From the sequence record PP047755: 64,000 nucleotides of DNA. One strand, 5' to 3'. This document shows, in pieces, positions 37,522 through 47,969 of the stretch. The notes under the pieces are model-generated. The model did not search any database and had not been told where the DNA came from. It worked only from the letters and a program-made list of their open reading frames with translations. A program made the position numbers and the translations under genes. Position 1 is the first letter of the stretch. Each line of letters opens with the position of its first letter. The DNA comes from Escherichia phage KEP1.

Positions 37522-38545
37522 TTGGTGTCCATCCATACTTATCAAAAGTGAAATCGTCTTTCTTATTTCTTTCCTGATAAGCTAAGAAAAAGTGTTGCTG
37601 CATTAACTCTAAAGGTGTTCTGGTAATTGTTTGACCATCCCACGAGACATAAGTGTATGACTCTTTCTTAGCATAAAGCTCATAAATTGCATCAAGACAC
37701 TCTTTGTAAGTGGTTTTACCTTCAAGGGCTTTCATTATAGTAACCTTACCAACACCCTTTAAACCGAAATAATTATCCGCATTATCACCAGCCACGGCTT
37801 GATAGCAAAGAAATTTAAAACCTACCCCAACTGTCTTCTTAGCTTTGGGTGTCGATTTTATTGGGCAATCCCAAATTTCACCAACGTTGTTATCAGCAAT
37901 GAAAATCAAAGGTGACTTTTCATAGGTCATATCAATGCAGTAAGTCCCTTCAGCTTGGCGAAGGTCTTTATCAATACTCATCAAGGCGGCCTTTTTACCC
38001 ATCTTTTCAGCTTTAGCAATAACGATAGAGTCGGCTTCAAATCCATCAAGAATTAGTTTGAACTCTGGTCTTGACAGAAGATATTCACGGCAAGCAACTA
38101 AGTGTGTTGGTGTGACAGCATCTTTACGGTTACCTTGATATTGGTGCTCAAGACCTTTAATGTCTTTATGTTTGTGTACACCTTTCTCTGTTAAGTAACC
38201 TACCCAAGTTCTTTCTTTACCAACAACCTTAAGCCATTCCTGAAGAACCTGTTGAGTAGCCATGATAGCTTCTTTTTCACTCTTAGCTTCTTTCCAAGTC
38301 TGTCTTTCCCATTCATCTTCATCAAATGCTAGGCCAAGCTCTTCTACAAGGATTCTCTGGTCTGCTAACCATCTTGCGGCATCTTTTGCATTATCAAATG
38401 GTTCAGATTCTTCTGCTGTGAGTTTATTGACATATTTATATTTTGCTTTCTCAACTACACAAGCACCTTTATAGGCAATACTATCAGAGTCAATAAAGAC
38501 ATGTGTAACTGAATCGGGAAGTTTTGTTAGTGTATACTTCTCCAT
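37499..38545 (-). CDS. flap endonuclease / 5'-3' exonuclease (RNase H-like)
   Basis: N-terminal HVFIDSDSIAY and GFEADSIVIAKA...LMSIDKDL acidic clusters typical of FEN/T4 RNase H. Confidence 0.7.
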   Translation of the reverse strand: MEKYTLTKLPDSVTHVFIDSDSIAYKGACVVEKAKYKYVNKLTAEESEPFDNAKDAARWLADQRILVEELGLAFDEDEWERQTWKEAKSEKEAIMATQQVLQEWLKVVGKERTWVGYLTEKGVHKHKDIKGLEHQYQGNRKDAVTPTHLVACREYLLSRPEFKLILDGFEADSIVIAKAEKMGKKAALMSIDKDLRQAEGTYCIDMTYEKSPLIFIADNNVGEIWDCPIKSTPKAKKTVGVGFKFLCYQAVAGDNADNYFGLKGVGKVTIMKALEGKTTYKECLDAIYELYAKKESYTYVSWDGQTITRTPLELMQQHFFLAYQERNKKDDFTFDKYGWTPNVNPTNS

Positions 38546-38607
38546 TGTGGCTCTCCATATGAAAAAGCCCCATACTAAGTACAGGGCTTTAAAGTAACTT
38601 TTAGAGA

Positions 38608-39465
38608 TTAATCTTCTGTATCGAAGTCTTCATCTTCTTCGTCATCTGGGTCTGGCAAGTCTTCATCGTCACCATCATCAGAATCATTAGAAGGTTTGTG
38701 GTCTTTTGCGTCTTCTTCAGTGATTTCACCGTTATCTTCAACACCATCAAGACCAAGCATAGCCAGTTCGTCTTCATCCAGTTCAGGTTCACCGTTAGCA
38801 CCGTTACCACCATTGTAAGGTACAAGAGTATCAATGATAAACTGCTCCTGAATAGGTTTTGTCAGAACATTGTTCTCAAAAGTGTAGAAGTGAGTAGAAA
38901 GAATCACACTACCAAAAGAACCGTTACCAACTGCAATGTCTGGATGAATTACATCATAGTTCTTGTCATCTTCGTGTTTGTCAGATGCTTGAGCTTTGAT
39001 TTTCTTCATCGGCTGTTTAACAGCTACACGCTTACCATTTACTTCTTCAATCAGCATTACAGGGAATGACTGTTTAGCTGTCCACACAGCACCATCTTTA
39101 TAAGCTGCTGCACGACTTACTTTCAAGATGTGGTAAGTGTCTGCTTCAAATGGTGGTTTGCAACCAAACTTCTCTTCGAAGTCATCTGCATCAACTGCTT
39201 CAGTAGTAACTTTATCCCAACCTTCTGGGTTTTTCTTAGACTTAGTAAACTCTTTAAACAGTTTGTTACCATCTTCTGCCAGAATTGAAACACTATAGTT
39301 GCAGTCTTTTCCTGGGAATTTCTTATCAATGGACTTGCCTTTTCCCGGACGTGGTGAAGTGTTCAGGTAATAAAACCAGACATCTTTCAGCAGGTAACGC
39401 AGAGTTTGACGTTCAGTACCGTTGTACTTCTCTACCGGAGCTTTCATTTTAACAACTTTAGACAT
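38608..39465 (-). CDS. putative single-stranded DNA-binding protein with acidic C-terminal tail
   Basis: C-terminus DDGDDEDLPDPDDEEDEDFDTED; located among replication genes. Confidence 0.5.
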   Translation of the reverse strand: MSKVVKMKAPVEKYNGTERQTLRYLLKDVWFYYLNTSPRPGKGKSIDKKFPGKDCNYSVSILAEDGNKLFKEFTKSKKNPEGWDKVTTEAVDADDFEEKFGCKPPFEADTYHILKVSRAAAYKDGAVWTAKQSFPVMLIEEVNGKRVAVKQPMKKIKAQASDKHEDDKNYDVIHPDIAVGNGSFGSVILSTHFYTFENNVLTKPIQEQFIIDTLVPYNGGNGANGEPELDEDELAMLGLDGVEDNGEITEEDAKDHKPSNDSDDGDDEDLPDPDDEEDEDFDTED

Positions 39466-39537
39466 TATTTAAACCTCTATCTCAATTTATGAAGAGTACC
39501 AATTCTAATTTGTTGATACTCTATTGTCAAACATTAA

Positions 39538-39687
39538 TTACTGGAAGTTGTGCTTATCTTTAGAAGCTGCTTTACGTGCAGTTTTTCCAGTTCTTACACG
39601 TTTTTCTTCATAGTATTTTGCTGGTTTTCCAGCAGTGGCTTTTAAGGAATCCCCAAAAACTTTTTCAAATGCTTTAGAGTGTTTCAT
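39538..39687 (-). CDS. small basic protein (49 aa), not in the ORF track
   Basis: ATG with GGAGAATATC ribosome-binding site; MKHSKAFEKVFGDSLKATAGKPAKYYEEKRVRTGKTARKAASKDKHNFQ. Confidence 0.4.
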   Translation of the reverse strand: MKHSKAFEKVFGDSLKATAGKPAKYYEEKRVRTGKTARKAASKDKHNFQ

Positions 39688-39977
39688 GATATTCTCCGAT
39701 ATACTTGATATTCAAACACATTTTCTTTCATTATAAACAGCCAACCAATATTATGCTGAGGCAGTGTAATGATGACTGTAATCATACTTTGATGGAACTG
39801 TTGTTCTATTTCAACTTCTCCATCGCATTTCATGTGGAGCATTCTATAGAACCTATCAATCTTTGTCAAACACTCTTCATGAAATTTATTTAAACTTTTT
39901 TCTTCAAAGAAGGGTGTGAACCCCTCTCTTTTATAGCTATCACTCAGTTTCGAACGGGCAGTCATCTGCATCCTCAC
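39684..39977 (-). CDS. hypothetical protein (97 aa)
   Basis: ORF. Confidence 0.5.
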   Translation of the reverse strand: MRMQMTARSKLSDSYKREGFTPFFEEKSLNKFHEECLTKIDRFYRMLHMKCDGEVEIEQQFHQSMITVIITLPQHNIGWLFIMKENVFEYQVYRRIS

Positions 39978-41931
39978 TTAATACAGGTGGAATCGTTGAG
40001 CTTTGACGCTGCTCTTCAGTATAGACTTCACCAGTCTCACGGTCAAACACTTCATCCTCATAATGTGGCAAAGAGTCATCGTAATGGTCTTCAGCTTCAC
40101 CAATACCAAACTGTTGGCGAATATTTTCTGCTGCACCATCAATGTCAACACCACATCCAGAAGCTTTGATGAGACGTCCTGTGTCTGGATTGTACCAAGT
40201 GTGTCCAGCAATACCTGTTGATTTACCATGACGACGACACTTAGTTAACTTGATTTTTGTCAAGTTTTTCTTAACAGGGTCTGGGTCAACCTTGTTACGC
40301 ATTAACAGAATGTTGTTCATAGAAATCTGGAAGTATGCACCAGAACCCTTAATATCCTCTTCAGAGATATCTCCACCTTCAGAGTTAGCTTTCTGACCAC
40401 CTGCACTCTTACGAACGTGACATACGTTTACCTGTGCATACTGGTAGCGTTTGCAACGACGCAATAGCTCAGACAAGACTTCCTCTTCATCCGTATCAGA
40501 ACGTGACAGAGCCAACGTAATAGGGTCAAGAATGATAATCTTGCAATCTAAGCTGTTAACAAGATAGTCAACAAACTCCAGCAAATTATCTTGGTCAATT
40601 GCCCCTTGATGGTCAACGATATGGATACGACGACCTTTAGATAGTTCTGCGTGTGCTCCCTTTAGTTCATCCCAATCCCGTTCATCATAAGGAATCTCAG
40701 AAATCTGTTTGCTCAGGTGAATTGCACAGAGCATCTCCATCAACTCTTCATAGGTATCTTCTACAGGAATTACACCGATATTATAATCAGTTTCTTTCCA
40801 AGCTGAATAAATCATCTCACGAGTGTAAGCTGACTTACCTACTGAAGATGGTGCTGCAATAGTTGTAATCTCACCTAAACCGTAACCACCATAAGTCAGT
40901 CTGTTCAAATCCCCGAAAGATTCTGGGAAAGGAATCAATGGAATCTGACCACGGTTCTTCATTGCCTCAAAACCATCTGCAAAGTTCTTGATACCAGCAG
41001 GGCAATAACGAGGTGCGTTGTAGATACGCTGCTTAAATCCTTCCAGAACTGTGTCTTTCTCTTTATAGAACTTTGTCCACCATTCGTTAAGGTCTTTTAC
41101 ACCCTCTGGATACTGGAATAAACGAACTTTCTCAATAGGTAAGATACCAGCAGCCTCTTTGGTAGCTTTAGCACCTGCTTCATCGTTATCAAAGCACAAG
41201 TAAATTTCATCAAATGATGTGATGTACTGATAGTTATCTTTGATAGACTTGATGTTTGCACCTGACGGAACAGATACATGACAGTAATTCTTACGACGAG
41301 ATTTGTCCTTAATCGCAAGAGAAGTCATATAGATTGCTGTCGCACATTCCATCTCACCTTCCCAGATGAATAAACGGTTACCACCTTCTGGAGCAATCCA
41401 TGAACCGAACATTGCCAGTTCACCTTTAATATCTCCAACACCACCTGAAAAGTCTTTTAGCTTACCACGTAGGTGTTCTTTTGGATGGTCTTCTGGGTAA
41501 CGGTGACGGACACGGTAGCCAACATGTTCTAACTTGCCATCTTCATTACGTTTGTAAGTTGGATAGAAATGTGCATCAATTTCACCATCACTATCAATGT
41601 CAACCTTGATACCTAAACGTTCAAGGACTTTTGCAGGAATCTTCCTGTCTTTCAAGTCCATTGCTTCTAGGTTTTCTTTTACATCATCTAAATCCATTCC
41701 ACGGAAAGTACGGTTTTTATTATCTGAACCAGTAGAATAAGTGCTCACGATTTGTCCTTTATCAAAATCCCACTCTGGGAAACCTTTGTTACAACTAAAG
41801 CAAGTCATCGAATAAGAATCATCGTCATGATGGTAGATTGAACCAGCATCTGATGAACCACAACGTGGACATGCACAATGACCAATAAACTGACCAGCTT
41901 CTTTTAATTTACGACCTTTAGACATTAGCAC
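39940..41931 (-). CDS. bifunctional DNA primase/helicase (T7 gp4-like)
   Basis: N-terminal zinc ribbon CACPRCG..CFSCNKG, TOPRIM region, helicase Walker A APSSVGKSAYT. Confidence 0.85.
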   Translation of the reverse strand: MLMSKGRKLKEAGQFIGHCACPRCGSSDAGSIYHHDDDSYSMTCFSCNKGFPEWDFDKGQIVSTYSTGSDNKNRTFRGMDLDDVKENLEAMDLKDRKIPAKVLERLGIKVDIDSDGEIDAHFYPTYKRNEDGKLEHVGYRVRHRYPEDHPKEHLRGKLKDFSGGVGDIKGELAMFGSWIAPEGGNRLFIWEGEMECATAIYMTSLAIKDKSRRKNYCHVSVPSGANIKSIKDNYQYITSFDEIYLCFDNDEAGAKATKEAAGILPIEKVRLFQYPEGVKDLNEWWTKFYKEKDTVLEGFKQRIYNAPRYCPAGIKNFADGFEAMKNRGQIPLIPFPESFGDLNRLTYGGYGLGEITTIAAPSSVGKSAYTREMIYSAWKETDYNIGVIPVEDTYEELMEMLCAIHLSKQISEIPYDERDWDELKGAHAELSKGRRIHIVDHQGAIDQDNLLEFVDYLVNSLDCKIIILDPITLALSRSDTDEEEVLSELLRRCKRYQYAQVNVCHVRKSAGGQKANSEGGDISEEDIKGSGAYFQISMNNILLMRNKVDPDPVKKNLTKIKLTKCRRHGKSTGIAGHTWYNPDTGRLIKASGCGVDIDGAAENIRQQFGIGEAEDHYDDSLPHYEDEVFDRETGEVYTEEQRQSSTIPPVLSEDADDCPFETE

Positions 41932-42118
41932 CTCTTCGTTGCAGTTCTGCCTTCAATCCGTTTTCAATCTTGTCCAGTTCATGAATTTCATCTGCAATCT
42001 CTTTCCTTCGTGATTCAACTCTCTTAAGACGTTCAATCATTACCTCATTGGAAAGAGATGAGAGTTCCACTAAACGATGGTCAATAACTTTGAAATTATC
42101 TTTTACTCTCATCTTCAT
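41918..42118 (-). CDS. hypothetical coiled-coil protein (66 aa)
   Basis: ORF. Confidence 0.5.
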   Translation of the reverse strand: MKMRVKDNFKVIDHRLVELSSLSNEVMIERLKRVESRRKEIADEIHELDKIENGLKAELQRRGANV

Positions 42119-42126
42119 TCTCTCTT

Positions 42127-42870
42127 TTAAATTTTCAGGATAGCTCTTAGCTTGCTTTCAAGGTCTTCAAGAGTACCATTATTATGGATAATGTCACGCG
42201 CATATTTGGTAGAAATTCCATTTTCTGAAACATGTGATGAAACCTTGTCCACATTGTCTCTTTTTACTTCAATAATTTGGTGTGCAAATCTGCTCAGCCA
42301 CTCAGCTTCAGAGTCAAATCTTAAGTCACTGATTAAAACAACACCTTCTTGATTCCTAAGTGAGCAAACATCAAAGAAATTTACCATTCGTTTTTCTAGG
42401 TCTTTAGCCCAGAACTTGTCACCCATAACTTTACGGATAACTTCAGTACCCCAAATCTGTTGAATTTGCCTTGATGAGAATTTATACTTTTTACTAAACC
42501 CCAGACGTGTCAATAGAGTTGGCTTAGCAACCCTCTTAAGTTCCATGATTAATCGTCCGGTTAACTCAGACATAAGCTTAAAGTCCATATGGTAACGTTC
42601 ATCTCTGAAGGTGAACTCCATAGCTTCCGTAACTTTACTCATAAGTTCAGGGTATGATAAATCAAAAACCTGTGGAGTCTCTTTAGTTTCTCCGTAAAGG
42701 TCATTCCATGTCAAGTCAAATATCTTTGATGCAGATAGCTTAAGGTTGTCGGCATAGGCCATTACTGCAACATTGTAGCCATACTCATCCTCTAAGATGT
42801 TCTTCACAATAGAACATGAGGTGTCTTTTCCAGAACGTGCCTTTCCAGTAAATGCAATAATATTACTCAT
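42127..42870 (-). CDS. deoxynucleoside monophosphate kinase
   Basis: N-terminus IIAFTGKARSGKDT resembles T4 gp1 dNMP kinase P-loop (LSGVKRSGKDT). Confidence 0.7.
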   Translation of the reverse strand: MSNIIAFTGKARSGKDTSCSIVKNILEDEYGYNVAVMAYADNLKLSASKIFDLTWNDLYGETKETPQVFDLSYPELMSKVTEAMEFTFRDERYHMDFKLMSELTGRLIMELKRVAKPTLLTRLGFSKKYKFSSRQIQQIWGTEVIRKVMGDKFWAKDLEKRMVNFFDVCSLRNQEGVVLISDLRFDSEAEWLSRFAHQIIEVKRDNVDKVSSHVSENGISTKYARDIIHNNGTLEDLESKLRAILKI

Positions 42871-42886
42871 TTTATCTCCCTTAATT

Positions 42887-42913
42887 ACTAAAAAGCCCCC
42901 AACTAAGGAGGCT
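42887..42913 (-). terminator. hairpin/terminator
   Basis: Minus strand AGCCTCC-TTAGTT-GGGGGCT (one G-U pair) followed by TTTTAG. Confidence 0.5.
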
Positions 42914-42931
42914 TGTAAGATTTATAAAGAC

Positions 42932-43732
42932 TTAGTGCAGTTGGTCAGCATACTCTTTTTCAGCCATAGCTGAGACTTGCTTCACAAAATCGTCACCAAA
43001 GTTAATACGAAGCTTCTCTTCAATGATTGAAGCGCCAATGTTTACCAAAACATCATTGATTGCTTGCATACTGACACCACCGGTCATCTCCTCAACGAAC
43101 TCAATGGTTACACCCAACATCTGAGAAAGTTGGATTAGTGCAACGATATTCATCATTGTAGAGATAGCAGGAATCATCAGAGCAACCTTAACCTGTAGTG
43201 GTTCTACATCAGCTACAGAATCATCTTTCACAGCTTCTGCTAAAGAGTCTTTAGTTTGCTGGATAATCTCTTTGATTCGTGGGTTTAACTCTTCTACACC
43301 CCAATCAAGTTTTTCATATCGTGACAGCTTCTCTTCCATTCGCTTCTCAAGAGCAGCCATAACAGCACTCGTTGACGAAATTAACAGGTCAACTAGCTCA
43401 TCATAACCTAAGAGCAGTAGCGAGTCTTTTTCTTCAGAGGTCATGGCAATATAGTCATTTTTCTGCATCTCATAGAAAATGAACTCTGCAAGAGCATCAA
43501 CACCTACAACAATAGATGCTAAGGCAAGCTTTTTGTCACACAGCATCATATTAACCTGTTCTGCAAAAGCACCGTTATCAGACTTGTCTTTAGGCAAGTT
43601 ATAGCTTGCAGGCATAAACTGTTCTGTGTAGTTGTTACCACGAAGAATCATAGCCATGCTTTCTACGGCATTGATTAAGAATGCTTCGTCAATACCTTTT
43701 TCTTTAAGCATCTGGTCTACAGTAGTGTTCAT
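42932..43732 (-). CDS. hypothetical protein (266 aa)
   Basis: ORF. Confidence 0.6.
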   Translation of the reverse strand: MNTTVDQMLKEKGIDEAFLINAVESMAMILRGNNYTEQFMPASYNLPKDKSDNGAFAEQVNMMLCDKKLALASIVVGVDALAEFIFYEMQKNDYIAMTSEEKDSLLLLGYDELVDLLISSTSAVMAALEKRMEEKLSRYEKLDWGVEELNPRIKEIIQQTKDSLAEAVKDDSVADVEPLQVKVALMIPAISTMMNIVALIQLSQMLGVTIEFVEEMTGGVSMQAINDVLVNIGASIIEEKLRINFGDDFVKQVSAMAEKEYADQLH

Positions 43733-43733
43733 A

Positions 43734-44156
43734 TTATTTCTCTCTCAGTTGGTTAAGTTTCTTTCTAGAACATTTTAAGTTTTCTGATGAAGAAAAGTCA
43801 AGTGTCTTTTCAGAACGTGGATAGTAATGCCTATCCCAAGAAGTTTCAACATCGTTAATCAGTGACGCTAGATTACACAGGTCTGTACCACTTTGCAACC
43901 TCTTTTTAAGAGAATCTAGTAAAGCAACTGTGTCTTTGGCTTTACGTCTAGCTGTAGCAACATCTTTCATATGCTCAAATACAGAGCATTTTAAGTCATC
44001 TTCATAGTTTTCAGACAACTCTATTTCATGTTGTATATCAACCATTCTCCTGTGATGGTGAGCATATTCCCGTTGAGCAGCAATGTCAAGTTCTTCCAAC
44101 TTCTGCAAAGCTCTAACAAAGTCAGCTATGTCTGGGTGAACAAACATTTTCTGCAT
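43734..44156 (-). CDS. hypothetical protein (140 aa)
   Basis: ORF; first gene of the minus-strand block, next to the divergent intergenic region. Confidence 0.6.
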   Translation of the reverse strand: MQKMFVHPDIADFVRALQKLEELDIAAQREYAHHHRRMVDIQHEIELSENYEDDLKCSVFEHMKDVATARRKAKDTVALLDSLKKRLQSGTDLCNLASLINDVETSWDRHYYPRSEKTLDFSSSENLKCSRKKLNQLREK

Positions 44157-44413
44157 GTAAGCCTCTTTTAAGTAACTATTAAGTTTTAATCTTTTATCTT
44201 AACGTATTCTATACGTTATACTTTAAAGCTTTTTAAAAGCTATTAAATAATCTTTTAAGAGTTTTAAAGTATCTGTATAGTTAAACTGTTAAGTAACCTT
44301 TTAAGTAAAAACCCACTTCGCAAAGATTAACACCTTGTCAAGTGCATTGTCAACTTGCTTTTTATAATTTTTTGCAGTAATGTATGTGGTTAATGATTTT
44401 AGAGGGAGTAAAA

Positions 44414-46556
44414 ATGGAAAACGTAGATTTTAAAAACTTACATTTAGTTGGTGATACAGAAACTGATGGTTTACTCCTTGAGTTCACTAAAGTGCACGTA
44501 ATGGCTTTCGCAGACTATAAATCTGACGATGAAGAGCCACCTGTATGGGTCTTTACAGATGAGCCTATCCTCGGTCACAAGTATACCAAGTACATTAAGG
44601 GTGGTTTGCGTGAAGGTGTTGAGTTTGCGTTAAAGGCGAAACGTCTTTGCATCCATAATGGTCTCGGTTATGACTGGTGGGTTTTCAATCACATTGCACC
44701 TGATTTATGGAACTTTGATAATCCAAAGTGTAAACCGTGGAGTAATTTCTTTCAGGATTCTCTTATCCAGTCTCGTGTTCAGTGGATGGATAGGCCAACT
44801 CCAAAGGGTTATAAAGGTGCTCATGGCTTGGCTGCATGGGGTGCTCGTGTTGGTGTTCGTAAACCAGAGATTGAGCATTGGGGTGTATGGAATGCAGAAA
44901 TCTTCACTCGTGTTGTAGAAGATATTCGTATTAACGCCAAAACTAAACGGGCACTTGATAATGAGTATCTCAAGCTTAAGAAGTGTGGCATAGACACTTA
45001 TGAAACCTATATGCGAGCTAAAGAAACATCTTTCTGGATGAGTCAACAAGCTATCAATGGTTGGAAAGCTGATAAAGAGCTTATGGAGTTTCATGTAAAG
45101 GAGCTTGACAAGTTGACTAATGAGCTTGCTTCAGAGGTTGAACCACATCTACCTCCAACTATTAAGACCAAAGGTAAAGTCACTGGAGAAGAATTTGCAA
45201 AAGCTTGGAATGAGTATGTTGAAACATTTGGTCATGCAGATGGACTGAAAAGAATTACCAAGTATCCTAAGACAAAGTATCGTCAACAGGTGCGTAACGG
45301 TGAGATGCAGACATACGAAATCAAGCCATTTGGTAAGCCAACTACAAAGATTTTTAACATTGAAAAGAGAAATTGCTATACACCAACCAACTCTGTAACT
45401 GGTGAAGAGTACAAGGAAGGTTTTGTAGCAATGAAGGATGCTCGTGCAATTTGCAATGAGTTGAATGCAAAGATTGGTAAGAAGTGCAAAGACTGGAAGC
45501 CAGTAAAAACAGTTAAAACTGTGAAGTACTATAACAGCCATGTCGTTAACCACTTTGAGCTTGAGTCAAGTCGCTACACAGGTTTGATTGATGCACCATA
45601 TACACCAATTGAGTTCGAAGTTTCTCGTATGACTCAGGTAGCAGTTGTTAAAGACTACTTGAAATCAGTTGGTTGGATTCCAGATGACTGGAACTATAAG
45701 AAAGACTCAGATGGCCGTCCTGTTAAGGTTTGTCGTTTCAAAGACAACAAAAAGAGGATTACTAAGCACCCTAAATGGGATGAGATGGTTGAACGGTGTG
45801 GTTTGAGTTATGTTGAACATGAAGGTGTACAGTACATAGAGCATAACTGGTCTGTTAAGAAATACACAGATTTGCTTGAACCTTGCTTAATCCGTACTTC
45901 ACCAAAACTTACTGAATCATCTTATGATACGATTGAAGGTGAGCTTGGACAGAAGATTGCTAAGTACTATACTTTGATGCACAGACGTAGAACTATTGAG
46001 AACTCAAAGGATGATGAAAAAGGTTGGTTGAACCAGATTCGTCCTGATGGTCGCCTTAGTGCTGGCGCAATGGTGTTTGGTACTTCAACTGGACGTATGA
46101 CACAATATGGTATTGTAAACGTACCGTCTGGTGCTGCTGTCTATGGAGCACCTATGAGGGAGGTGTGGATTTGCGAGGAGGGGACTAATATCGTTTCAGT
46201 TGACCAGAACTCTGCACAGCTAGTTCTTCTTTGTAACTTTATGGGTGACAAAGACTTCACTAAAGCGGTAACTGAGGGTAAAGAGTCAGTAGAGTTCACT
46301 AAGCAAGATGACGGTAGATACTATTGCAAGCATCTCGATAAGTATCTTAATCCAGAAACTGACAAGTATCTTCGTTATGATGCTGAGAACGACCTCTACG
46401 AAGTCTACACAGGGACTGATGCGCATACACTGAACAGTATTTACTTTGGTCTGAACAAGGAAGAAGACATTGTTCGTTGTAGGGAGACACAGGATGAGGA
46501 ACTTCTCCACGAGATTACAAAAGGTCGTAAGAAAGCCAAAAATGGCATTTATGCGT
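44414..46556 (+). CDS. family A DNA polymerase, exon 1 (3'-5' exonuclease domain through start of motif B)
   Basis: GGGAG ribosome-binding site before ATG 44414; DnaQ-like exo motif LVGDTETDGL; motif A VDQNSAQLVLL (cf. DYSQIELR); frame ends in RKKAKNGIY, the start of motif B. Confidence 0.8.
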
Positions 46557-46824
46557 CAGTGGCGCATGTAAAACGTTGTGAATTGCTGGAAGCCTAAGTC
46601 TGTAAAGATATGGTAATCAGCAGCGAAGCCTCTTAAGAGGAACGTTCAGAGACTATCGAAAAGCATACTTAACGTATGAACTGAGTAGAGTAGGGTGGTA
46701 AGCTAATGACCATTCCCAAGTGCAACGGTAGTATTACTACTACGTGATATAGTCCGACACTCCGTAGAAATGCGGAGAAGTTCATAAGAGAACTGGTACA
46801 CCTTGCGAGTGTATTGACCAGATG
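46557..46824 (+). ncRNA. group I self-splicing intron (268 nt) interrupting polymerase motif B
   Basis: Classical P/Q/R/S core elements: AATTGCTGGAAG (46581-46592), AATCAGCAGC (46615-46624), GTTCAGAGACTA (46644-46655), GATATAGTCC (46746-46755); P1 pairs exon ATGCGT with GCGCAT (46562-46567) with U-G at the splice site; terminal G at 46824. Confidence 0.75.
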
Positions 46825-47381
46825 TATTGTTCGGTGCAGGTGATGAGAAGTTTGCAAAAACTATCAAGGCATCATCTACGGAAGAAGGTGCATTGACTAA
46901 ACAAACTTACTATATGCGTCTGCCAAAGATTAAGAAGTTACTTGATAGCTTAGAAGCCGATTTTAAGGCGTCTAAAAAGGCTCTGGAAGAGGTTTTTGGG
47001 AAGAATTCTTCAATTGCTAAAGGTGGTTATATCAGGGTCGCTGGAGCATGGATATGGTGCAAATCTCCACATAAACTACTGAACTACCTCCTGATGAGTT
47101 CGGAAGCACAGATTCAGAATGAGGCCATCAACCTAGCAGCAAGAAAAGCCTGTGAAGATGGCCTGACAAAACTGAATGCTCGAAAACCAGCTATCGGAGC
47201 AAGGTTACTTCTGGCATATCACGATGAAAATAGTTGGGAATGTCCAGAGGGTATGACACATGATATGAAAGCAATTGCTGACTGGATGTATGGACAAGCT
47301 TCAAAAAACTTAGGTTTGAGGAAAGAAACACTTGTAACTGGTACAGCAAAGGTTGGTAAGAGCTGGTATGAGGTACATTGA
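46825..47381 (+). CDS. family A DNA polymerase, exon 2 (rest of motif B and motif C)
   Basis: Spliced junction reads IYALLFGAGDEKFAK, same length as T7 IYGFLYGAGDEK; motif C LLAYHDENSWE. Confidence 0.75.
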
Positions 47382-47384
47382 TTA

Positions 47385-47918
47385 ATGGATTTAATTTTAC
47401 AAAAACGTTTAAAGGAGCTGCTGCACTATGACCCCGAAACAGGGGTCTTTACTTGGCTTCGTAGAGAAGGTAAATCAAGAGCTGTTAGTGTTTTTAACAG
47501 TAATTATGCAGGAAAGGTGGCAGGTAATATCCAGACTGATTCAAGTGGTCATAAACAGATTAGTATCTATTTTGACAAGAAAGCACATAAAGCACACAGA
47601 CTCGCATGGCTTTACGTGTATGGCAAGATGCCAAAAGGTATCATTGACCATATCAACGGAGACTCACTTGACAACAGGATTGTAAACTTAAGGGAAGCAG
47701 ATGACTTTCAAAGTGCTTGGAATAAAGGTAAGCTAGTCACCAATAAATCTGGGTACAAGGGTGTAAGTCTTAAGAAGAAGTCTGGTAAGTGGGTCGCACA
47801 GATAAGTTATAGAGGTAAGAAGATGTTTTTAGGTTATCATGACACACCTGAAGAAGCCCATAAAGCTTACTGTAAAGCTGCTGTGAAACTCCACGGAGAG
47901 TTTGCAAAACTAAGTTGA
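47385..47918 (+). CDS. HNH homing endonuclease-like protein with AP2-type domain, directly downstream of the intron-containing polymerase
   Basis: LHYDPETGVFTWL, HRLAWLYVYG, IDHINGDSLDNR, GYKGVSLKKKSGKWVAQ; paralogue of 37021-37521. Confidence 0.7.
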   Translation: MDLILQKRLKELLHYDPETGVFTWLRREGKSRAVSVFNSNYAGKVAGNIQTDSSGHKQISIYFDKKAHKAHRLAWLYVYGKMPKGIIDHINGDSLDNRIVNLREADDFQSAWNKGKLVTNKSGYKGVSLKKKSGKWVAQISYRGKKMFLGYHDTPEEAHKAYCKAAVKLHGEFAKLS

Positions 47919-47969
47919 CAAGGTGCTCATGGAAGAGTACCTTATACAATATCTTATATAGGAGGGCTT

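Noticed and set aside
44414-44440. ORF-track start at 44384 (MWLMILEGVK) for the polymerase, and 49315 for the ligase
   Set aside because: Internal ATGs at 44414 and 49351 have strong Shine-Dalgarno sequences (GGGAG, GAGGA) and avoid overlap with upstream features; the upstream extensions are probably not translated
44384-47381. Split polymerase explained by an intein or by two separately encoded subunits; family B (T4-type) polymerase
   Set aside because: The intervening 268 nt has no ORF and carries group I intron core elements, and the break falls inside catalytic motif B. Motifs A, B and C are family A type, not family B
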